From the NCBI RefSeq assembly GCF_009914755.1, contig NC_060929.1: a DNA stretch of 64,000 nt. One strand, given 5' to 3'. The notes beneath the pieces were generated by a model. The model ran no database searches and was not told the DNA's origin. It saw only the letters and a program-made list of their open reading frames with translations. Below are positions 53,611 to 64,000 of the stretch, in pieces. This DNA comes from the human T2T-CHM13v2.0 reference genome, Homo sapiens. Each line of letters begins with the position of its first letter. Within the stretch, counting starts at the first letter, position 1. Position numbers and translations under genes: made by a program.

Positions 53611-56600
53611 CTATGCAAAGACAATAAAATCTGTCTTAATTAAAAAAAAAAATGAACCAAAACATGGTTCAGTGCTAATGAACAGGAACCAGACCAGATT
53701 AGATTAAGCTGGAATGTGCAGTGTGTTCCTAAGACCCACAGGGACTTTATGAACCCAATTGCAGTGCTGGAAGCAGGAAGAGGCACCTCACAATGAGGCA
53801 GCTCCGCTTGCAGTTCCCCCTGAAGAGACATGGCTCTCTTGGCCCCACTCCTGCCTGGCGCCTCCTCCGTGGCCTCTGCTCCTCTCCTGCTATGGCCTGG
53901 CCACCTCTGCACCATTCCTACAGGACAAAAGTTGCCCGCCAGAGTGCAGCTGTTCCCGGTTCCCATCCCTTTAGCAAGGGCAGCCTGCCGAAGTTCCCCA
54001 GAGTCTCCTCATGGCCAGCCCACAGCAGTGGGAAAGGGAACCTGAATGAGCTTGGGATCAGTGTCCACACAGGATCCAGGAGTTCTCCAGGAAGCCGGAA
54101 TGCGGGTGTAGCAGAGCCTTCAGGTTGCCCATCCACACTCCTAACCTGTCTCATGCAGGCACTGGAGAGGCAAAGGCCAAGTTCAAAGCTCCTCTGCAGA
54201 AAAGCAGACAAGCAGCAGGGCTGAGGGAACAAAAGCAGAAGTCTGCAGGGGACAGAAGGATGGAGATGTCCTGGCACAGGCACTCCCCTTCCGCTCCCCC
54301 TTTGTCAGCCTGGACCACGGAGGGGATGCTTGAAGAGGCTGCCCCTGCCAGGCTGTGCCCATGAGACAACAGTGAACAGCAAAGAGTGCCAAGCAGCCTG
54401 CAGGCCCATCCTGTCACGTGCAGGCTGGAGCAACAGTCCCTGGCGGGCTGGTCATGTCCAACAAGCAGCTCCCTGAAGCAGGAGGAGAGGACACAATTTC
54501 CAGCACTTGCCCATGTCCGTGGTATATATGCTCCCAGCCAACTTCCAGCTGCTAAGGCCTTAACAACTGGATCACAAAATGCCTGACAAGAAACAATCAG
54601 TTCTTTCCAGCCAGCAGGACACATTTCTAGCAGGCTGTTTTTTTTTTTTTTTTTTCGTTTTCAATGCTATATGTCTAAACAGGTAAGAGTTGTCAATCAA
54701 GCCAACACTCTTGATAACAACAAAAAGTGGGCTGTTCTAGCTTCCTGCCTTAACAACACAACTTCACAGGTAATGGAAAGTTTGGGCTTAGAGTTAGAAT
54801 CCTATGAGTAGATGAGACCCCCACCCTCTGCTTCTCCCCCACCCATGGGCGGTCTGTGCCACCCATAGGTGGACATCTCAGCTGGCAATTCTGAGTTGAG
54901 ATGCATCTCATCCAACAGCCACCCTCGGCTATGCTTTGGGCCAGGGTGGCCAGCCCTCCAGTAGCCAGGGCTGGAGATGCACACATGGCCAGGAAGTAGG
55001 CGCTGGGTTTTCTGAGCAGGGACGTGTGGGTCCCCAGTCCCTGCAGCTTCTCAGGCTTGGGGAAACACACACAGAGGAGGCAGCAGAGTGGGCCCCCAAA
55101 TGCCAAGGCCCCTCTTGCCAGGGTGAAGGTCAGCATTGGAGGTAGGCTTCCTGCAGTATCCCTGAGCCTTCACCCTGATCTGCCTGGGGAAACACACAGA
55201 GCCCTGTTGATTTAAGCCACTTTTAGGTAAGTGATGTAAACAGCGAGCTCCACATAGGATCTCACTGAACCCACTACAGAAACAACCTGGGCAGCCCCCA
55301 AAGGGCTGGGGCAGCCCACACCCTGGGCAGCCCCCAAAGGCAGAGTGAGACACAGAAGCAAAGACCCATCTGTGCTGTGTCTGCCCATGACTCGGTGAGA
55401 GGCCCTCAGTGGCTCAGAGCCCAGGCTCCCCATTCAGAAAAATAGCAACGATTCCCCCGCCTCAAAGCTCATTGCAAAGGTCACAGGTGAAGTAAACAGG
55501 TAACTCTGCACTCATTTGAGACAGAAGACAGTTAACAATCGACCCCGAAAAGCCTTTGATTTCATTAAAATTTACTTTAGATCAGTATAAGAAGAAAAAA
55601 TGAGAAAATGATCACCACAGAAAGTCCTTATAGAAAAATGCAGGATTCTTTGAAAAAGCCAATTCTGCAAAACAACAGAAATGCAGAAAAATGATGCCAG
55701 TGTTGTGGAGACTTTAAGGATGATTTTGACTCCCCAGCTGGACAAAGCACCTGCCTCTTACATTTTTTGTATCGAGTATGGACTGAGGGGGGCAGGTGGC
55801 AAATGAAAATGTGGGACCTCTTTAGCTTGGAGGAAGTTATCCAGAGTTCACAGCAGAAAGTTGTCAAGCTGGAGACCTATCAAGTAAAACAGAGATCCAA
55901 CTGTCCTTTGTTATTATAGGAGAAGCCAAAGGGGGACTTCGGAGGGAGGAAGAATCCAACACAATTGTTAAATGTTTTAAAAAGCCCGCAGTCCCCACCA
56001 GTGGAAAGTTTGGACCTGAGATACACTGGAGATGATAGTCTAGTTTTGCCGTGCTGGATATAGTGCTGCTGACATTTCTGTCCATGCAGTGAAAAAAGCA
56101 CGTTCCTCAGGCTTGGCATTTTTGTGTGTGTTTGTGGCATTGCTGTGCAGCCTTTGTGGGGATGGTTTAACACATAGCACACTCAGGACTCCAGATACAT
56201 GCTGATGATGTGGCTCAGCTTATTAGTTATTACAGTTGCTGTTTGAAATTGAACCCTGTTACTTTGGTTTGGACAGAATTCTGTTTTTTGCCTTTCTAGG
56301 CTTCGTGACTATGGGTTGGTTACATGAAGTTGCCATTTAATAATTACCTGCTTCACAGCACAGAATAATGACTTGCTTCACACATGCAAAATAAAAGCAG
56401 CTTATTCTTTGTCGTATCTTATGTTAAAGAATGCACAGAAACCCTCGTCACTTAAGATGATTCTAAAATATAAAATTTCTTTTCTTAATGAAGACTGAAA
56501 ACTGCATGCAAATTACATTTCGCTTATAAGTCGATTACGTATCATGATAATACATTTCAACGCCTCCACAGTATGTAAAGTATTCACAACCACTTCTGTC

Positions 56601-57734
56601 CCCTGCACTGATTTGTCAATAAAGTAAACTAAAATGTCAGCTTAGCTGAAATAATGTTTTTGATGCTGAGCAAGAGAGAGCCGTTCTTGAGTTCTAATAA
56701 ATCTCAGCACGACGTAGAGCAAAGCTCAGACTGGGTTGAGTCTCAGAGGTTGCTGAGGCACTGAAGGACTGCATGGCCCCAGGCAAGCTCCTCTGCCGCT
56801 TGGTTCTCTCCTCTGTGACACTGACCCTTCCTGGGATTCACGCTTGCCCACCAGGCACAGCGAGGGGCAGACACCCCGTCCAGGTTCAGCTACTGCTCAT
56901 CCCACCGGCTCCCCATCATTGCCTCAAATGGAATTCAGCTGGAAAGCCCACATCAGTTTGGAAATTGTTTTTCTTTATGCCTACACAGGTTTTCACATCA
57001 ACAGCAGGTGTGGATGGTACCTCAACAGCACCATGAGGTTACTGAAACTGGTCATAATTTGGTTAGCTAGAATTCAGAAAAAAATTAAAACTTGCAAATT
57101 TTCAAAACGGAAAGAAATTCCTATGTAAATGCTTATAATGCTTGCTGAATCATTTTCTCTGTTAGTTAGGAACTTGCATTCACAGGAAATAAATGGTTGA
57201 AGAAGTATGGATAATTTGCTTTGGGTATGAAATTCCCAAAGCATCATATGTATGTTTCTCTACAACTTGTCGTGGAATGAAACAGGTCTCCAGCCAATTA
57301 CAAAGTCCCAGAAATTCCAAATGCATGGGCTTGTCTCCGATGGTTCCAGAGCTTGGTGGGATTTTCTGGAGTCTTTAGGGTTTGTGCACATGTGGGTGCA
57401 GCAACACAGACTTCACTGGACACCATGCTTAGGGTAGTCAGCAAGGATCTTCAAGGATCTGCGATGTTAACTTCTCAGAATTGTGGAAGAGCTGATACTG
57501 GGCATGTGTTACTCAGTGCTCATAAGGACATGTTGGAGTGGCAGGTCCCACATTGCCAGATGTTTGAGCAGAGATTTTTAGCACCCACCATTAGTTGGTG
57601 GAAGGTGACACTGTGGCCTCAATAAGGAAACAACAGGACGCATGCTGACCTGGGCTCTAGACTGAGCGCTGCCCCATTTGGCCTTGTAAGCGGGCCAGGA
57701 CTCAGAATGGCTATTTTTCAATGGTTGCTTTGAG

Positions 57735-57850
57735 TCATTTTATTTACTCCACATTTATTAAGCACCTCCTCCACAGCAGGCATTGTTCTAAGCCTTGTGG
57801 GCTCATCAGAACAACATAGACAGAAATCCCTGCCCTGGTGCAGGGTCGAG
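57735..57850 (-). mobile_element. L2 3' end fragment
   Basis: ACATTTATTAAGCACCTCCT...CAGGCATTGTTCTAAGC...AGACAGAAATCCCTGCCCT. Confidence 0.7.
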
Positions 57851-58213
57851 CTCACTGGATCTGACACCCAGAGCATCAACAGTGGAAGATGTTTCACACT
57901 GACCACAGTCGATTCTCGGCCATGCAGCCTTTGACCGACAGTGTTTCTATCATTCTTTTCTGATTATAAAAGAGATGACCTCATTTTTTCCCAATTGTCA
58001 GTTTGAAGCATGATGGTGTGTAGTGTACACTCCTAAGTGGAATGACACAACCGACCTGCTGCTTTTGTTTATTCACACTTCCACCTCTGAGCTCTGGGAA
58101 GTGGACTTCAGAACCTGCTTGCATTACAGAATCATTGCAGTGTTAGTAAATATGTGCTTTATATATACATGTATTATGTTCCAAGACTGAGAGTGGATTT
58201 AGTATTTTATAAA

Positions 58214-58441
58214 TAAAGACTGATTTATATATATATTTATATATGTAAGCTTATATAAATAATAGATATATTTAAATATAAAGATTGATTTTATATATAA
58301 AGGCTGATTTTGGATATCCTATTTTATATATAAAGATTGATTTTTATACGTATATTATTTATAGGTAAGTATATATAAATAAAAGCTTTATTTATATATA
58401 AACATCAATTTTATAAAGACTGATTTTGATATAGCATTTTT
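58214..58441. repeat. AT-rich diverged about 117-bp duplication with recurring TAAAGRYTGATTT
   Basis: Units start at 58214 and 58331; the motif recurs five times. Confidence 0.65.
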
Positions 58442-61400
58442 GTCTGATGTAAGAATTATTAGACCTTAATCAATTGCACCAGCTTTGCTACTAATCACCA
58501 GTCCTTTCTGTAACAGCTCCTCTACCTTTTTTTTTTTAAGTTACCACCACCGTTAAATTTGCTTCTACCTTGACTCAACCTCAAGAGCTTTCCTGCGGTG
58601 CACACATGCGTGGTGTGGGATCTGAAACCGAGCACCATCCCAGTGTGCGTGAGTGTGCGTGAGTGTGAGTGCAAGTGTATGTGTGACTGTGCATGTCTGC
58701 GTTTACCAGACATGGGAACGACTTTCTGAGGTATGAATAGAATCTTTGAGATAATCGTTTAAGCCCCCAAATAGGAAGCTTTGCTATTAAATGTTCTTCT
58801 TCATATTACAGATAAAAATTCTGTACCAAGATTATTTTTGTCCCTTTAGAAAAAAAAAAATCCAATATTTTGTTTTTCTTTCCTAAGAATGTGTAGCAGT
58901 TTCTTCTTATCCTCTTCATTGAAAAAGTTACCAGGAAATGACCACGTATTCGCCATTGCCCATAGACTGACTAGTAACTGCAATGTTCTTGCAATCTGCA
59001 AACTCTGGCCTCAAGCTCAGCGCGGTGTTTTTCTGTTGTGTCCTTCTTGGCTGTTTTTGCTTTGTCTGACCTCCTCTCCTCCTTCGGTGGACTCCTTGGG
59101 GATATATGAGCCACAGATAAATCCCTGGTCACAACCTGTGGGCAAGTGTCTTAACCCAGTCTGTCTGTTTAAGCTCAGGGCTGACCGGGAAAAGGAGACC
59201 CCTGAGAGTTTTTAATTTTTCTGTATTTACTTATTATTTTTATTTATACCTCAGTGTTTTCCATCAAATAATTTAAGGTAGCTAGTAAAAAAAAACTCTT
59301 TTTAAGTGTTAGCATTTGAATATTAGATTTCACCTTTACAAGTACAACTCACCATTTTTTTTGTACTTTCATGAATCTAACTTCAGAGAATATTATGTAA
59401 ATCATTCCTAAAAGGCGAACATAATATGTATATGTTGTAGGCAAAAGCTGAAAAACAAAAGATTATAAAATAGAAGGCAGTTATGGGATTTTACACAAAT
59501 TGTTTTCCTTTTTAGGTGCTGGAATAAATTTTAATTTCTTCAGAAATCAAAAGAAAAGATATTGAAAGGAGCCAGCCATGGGCAGGGAGGAGCGGGACTC
59601 CATGGGAACAGTGCTCCCGGCTGCAGCTCTTCCCAGACTCTGTGTCCAGCGGGTCCATATTCCTGTGGCTCCTTCTCCAGATTCTTTGCCCACCTGGATA
59701 TGACCCAGCTCTCTCATACAAAGTATTCTGCTGTCAAAAGTATACCCTTTATTTGGAGAGAGGGCAAATTGCTCACCTATAATTGGCCTATTCTTTCCAT
59801 TGCCATGCTCTTCTTTTTACTATAAAAACAATTGGCATGAACTCAGACAATTTGCTTTGAAGCAAATATTGCAGTAAAATTTCCCATTAATACTGAGTTG
59901 GGATGTACCAAGAATATCAGTGCAATGTATTGACATTTTAACACTTCCATATGTTTTTCTATATGCATTTTTATGATCAAAGGAATGCAAATTATGTATT
60001 AGTATTATATAGTCAAGCTCATTTTGAAAAGTTGTAAAGAAACATTTATCATCTTAGCAAAACAACAAAAACATTTTCCATAGCATGGGAAATGTCCATT
60101 TATCAACCAAGATTTATCAGCCACATAAATTAATAGCCTTCTTGGGCTGATACCTTAGTCTCTAGTGAAATGAGTTTTTAAAATTTAAAGCTGAAGAATA
60201 CTTGCTGAACCTTCCCTGAATAAAATCATGGTTATCTCAAGCTGCTATTTGCTCATTCTTCATTTATTTCTTCCAAAATCTTTCTGCACGTGTGCCTGTT
60301 GCACCCTTCTGATGCAGTCTCCGCTTCAACCGCCTGCATCTGAGATTCTCTTTGGAGGACTCCACTTGGGCCACTGGGGCCACTCTGTTTAAATGATGAA
60401 AGCCCAAGTGCCTGCAGATGGACCCCTCTGTTCACTCCCTTCAGGGATGCCCAGCCCAGGGCTGCCTGAGGCAGAGGAGGGACCCAGATCCCTTGCCCGC
60501 GTTTGGAGAAGCTCAGAAGCAGGAATGCACTCCAGATCCCTCCTCATGGGACCAGGTTGAGGCTGGGACTCTGTCCGGACTCAGCTCTACCTGGTGTCCT
60601 CCCTTCCCTGTCCTGCTCCCTCCACACCTGGAAGTCTTTCCTTAATAATCAGCATATGCGTACACTGCCTGTCTCAGAGGACACTTCTGGGGAATGTGAC
60701 CTAAAAATCATGCAAGATGGTAGACGTTAGAAATTCAAAGTACATATTTCTCATAATGTCAAAAATCATAATCTTGCATCTCACTGATATATTCTTAAGA
60801 ATATAAGTGATAAAGTAAATTGAAAAAAAACTTTAGTGTTTTAAAACTTGCTCAACAATTTTATGTGTAATATTTACCTGTGGTTGGAGAAATGCATTTT
60901 CTAGGCAAGACAGGGAGCCACTGGGGAGGTGACCTAGTGGGGCACAGGGCTTAAGAGGCACCATAGTCTGCCTTTTGATGTACACCCTATTATGACCTGT
61001 GAGTCTTAGAGACAAAGGGAAATTATGGAGAGTAGGAAAAAATTGGCCCAGCCAACTGGAACATGCTCTTGCTATCATTGCTAAGGTAAAATGGAAAGAT
61101 GTTAGCTAGGTTGATCCAGCGGTTCAGAATTTTTTTAAAAAGAAATTTTCCAAAATGGAAAAATTTCAACCTACTTAACTATGTGAGGTCAATGATCATA
61201 ACTGCCTATTGCAGGCAAGCCCCATTGCTTCATTCTGGCTGCAAACCAGCACAATCCTGACCAGCACCTGGCACATCCCCATGGAATAAATTCATCAGGA
61301 ATATGTTGTATGCCTTAAATAAATGCTATCTACAATCTAGTGCCAAAAGCAATTAAGAACTCCTGGGAAAATAACGGGCAAATGAAGCAACACAGTAGCT

Positions 61401-63689
61401 AGCCCTCAATCTGCATTGGCAATGCTAGGGAGAGGGATTGACGTTCTTGGTTGTTCTTCAACAGATACAATTATTGTTGTCAAAACCTGAGGGCTGAGCT
61501 TCTGCCCCCAACACCTGGGGAGCACATGTAGCAGGCCAGGGGCTGAGCCCGACGCTTTCTTCAAGTGTGATCAGACTTGGTTGGGAGAAGTCAGTTTTAG
61601 AGGGTAGGACAACTGTATTCCCTAGTCAGCTTCCTAAGTGGGTTGACACATAGCCAGGCATTATCAAACACCTACACAGAGGAGCAGTGAGCAGCAGATT
61701 TTCCTGTTCCTCCCACTTGTCAGGCACTGGAGTATCTGACACCATTTTATGTGGGTGGAATGCATGACAATTATGACTTCTTGGAAACACAGTTATTAAT
61801 TAGTAAGCTACAATGTCTTATCAGATGCCCTCATTGTCTTCTGACATCACTTGACTTGTCATCAAACATTCCATACTTCTTGTCATAACAAGGTAAATTA
61901 TTCCTCTAAAGACAGACATGAAGAAAGTCCAAAGTGAAGGCTGAGCAATTGTCCCTCTGGTTCACTCATGGCATGTACATGCTCTCCTTCCACTCGCTGG
62001 GGACCTCATCCACTGCTCCAGCCCCAGCTCCCCCAAATCAATTCCAGATGTGTATCCGTGGCCTTGCTCCCGCCCCGCCTGGGTGCCACACATGGACACT
62101 GGGACTGCCCTCAGAACTTCAAACTCCACACGCCCAAAACCAACCCACTGGCCTCCCTCAAAGCATGCCCTCACCTCTGAAAAAGGCCTTACTATCTACT
62201 CAGATCAGATCCCAAACCTGAGACCGGGAATCTCTATAGACTCCTGCCCTTCCCTCCCGTTGGCTGGGCCCACGCCATTTCCATGTGTGCCCAGGTGACC
62301 TGCAAAAGTAGACACAAGGCACCTCTTACCAGGGCCATCCAGGATGACCGAGATGTCTGGTCTTAGGTCTCTAGGTTCACACCAGATGTCTCCAGAGCCG
62401 GACATGATTTTCACAGCCAGGAGGGGAATGAGGCAGTTCTGATTTCTCCCTTGTGTGGACAGCCCCTCTGTGTGTGGTAAAGGATGCTTGTCTGCCTATG
62501 GCCCAACCCACTACCAGTGTGATCTGGTAGAACATTAACATGCAACCTCACAACAACTGATTTTGGCTTCCTGCCACATGTAGCATACACTGCTTGGGTG
62601 GGGAATTAAAAGATGAACAAACAGAGGGGTACCACCTCATGTCTGCCTTCAGGGGGCTTCTAACCGTCTGAAGAGCTTACAGATCCCTGTCATTTAGACC
62701 AGGCTTCTTGGTTTCCTTAAAGTTCCAGCATCTGAAGCTTTGGCAGAAGGCCTGACCATGAGCAATCAGGAACAGCAGAGCCGCGAGTAACCCCAGGTAA
62801 GGAAGCCACTCAGCGTGGAGGGGCAATGGAGAACTGCAAAATCCCAAGGAGGCAGAGCATCACGACTTCACTAGAGAGAAGGGGAGGCCACTCAGTAGGT
62901 CCCAGGGTTCCAGTTTGAGCAGCTGGATCAGCATTTAAGCCACCAAGAACAGCGGGAAAGCAAGAGGTTCAGGGGAAGGTGGTGGATCTGGCGGGGCTGT
63001 GGCTCGGGGGCACTGCAGGCGGTGAGAGACCCGCGTGTGGGCTCCAGCAGGAACGGGAGAGGGGATGACAGCCTGGGACGGGCATGGGGGTCCTCAAGGT
63101 GCAGAGGGCTGGGGAGGCAAGCCTGTCCGGGAGCCTGAGGAGAGGAGCAGGAGGTGAAGGCTCTCCCAGGTAATGCCAGCACGGGAAAACACTGTTTCTC
63201 TCCGGTTTTCGGGGTCCCAGGAAAATATTTGTCCTAAGTACCGCCCACCGAGAATCCAAGTATTCCCTTCTTTCTGGTTGGTATACACTGTACATGAAAA
63301 TCAAATTTCCATAAGATGGAACCAGTCTAGAGATTCTCCACTTGGGGCTTCCAGGGGATCCAGAAATGCTCCAGTTCCAACACTGGGAACAGATCAGACC
63401 TCAGGTGCTGGGCTTCTCCCCAGCCAAGGGTCCTAATGGCACTGTAGGCCTTGCTGTGTTGGCTATGGGCTCACAGCACTGGCTTCCCAGGAGGACACAG
63501 CCCACAGACTCCTCCCCAGGTACTCGCTGGCTGGCGTGCCCTGCCCACTCAGCTCCTGCTCAGTGTCCTCCACCCCTACTGGCAGTGAGTTGCTCTGCTG
63601 GAAACACACAGCAAACCCAGCAGCCTGGTCCCATCCCTGGCACACCTTCTAGGGCTTCCTGAAGCTCTGGAGAGAAAGCCCTCCCTAAT

Positions 63690-64000
63690 TATGGTCAGGA
63701 GGGCTTGCCTGCTCCTACCCCATCTTCCAGACGCCCCTTGCACTCCACGCCCTGCAGCTCACACTCCTGTCATCACCTCCTGCTACAGGGCCGTTGCACA
63801 TGCTGCTTCCTCTCTCAGTGGCTCCTCCCTCCCCCTGCACAGGGAGCTCCATCATATGTCAACTCAAGCCCACTTTGTCAAAAAAGCTTCCCAACCTCCC
63901 AGACCTGCTGAGCTCCTTGCATCCCAGGGCTCCATGCTGGCTTGTGCCTCCTTTTCCTCACACTGTCCATAGCTGCAATTTCACGTGAGCTCGTGTGATG
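63690..64000 (+). mobile_element. L2 3' region fragment
   Basis: CAGGGCCGTTGCACATGCTGCTTCCTCT resembles L2 CAGGGCCTTTGCACATGCTGTTCCCTCT; followed by TCAACTCAAG...AAGCTTCCC. Confidence 0.6.

Overview
Human genomic DNA; an AluYb-lineage insertion at 34101 carries human-specific diagnostic changes. The window looks intergenic or deep-intronic. I recognise no protein-coding exon, tRNA/rRNA gene, processed pseudogene or true CpG island, and I cannot name the locus. It contains eight Alus (J, S and Yb), two L1PA7/8-type 3' fragments with target-site duplications (TSDs), several degraded L1M blocks, L2/MIR fossils, MaLR/ERVL solo LTRs (MLT1, MLT2, LTR33) and a MER58A DNA transposon. Large simple-sequence arrays are dense between 13.8 and 30 kb: a 440-bp pyrimidine tract, a 1.55-kb (TGGA)n and a 0.9-kb CA/CAGA array. 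Several repeat-poor, motif-rich stretches (23.5-24.9, 27.85-28.2, 56.2-56.7 kb) look like candidate enhancers. Most long ORFs in the track are artefacts of simple repeats. I found no convincing new biological system; the findings are structural and regulatory leads. Repeat subfamily calls are by eye from remembered consensus sequences, and boundaries of old elements are approximate.
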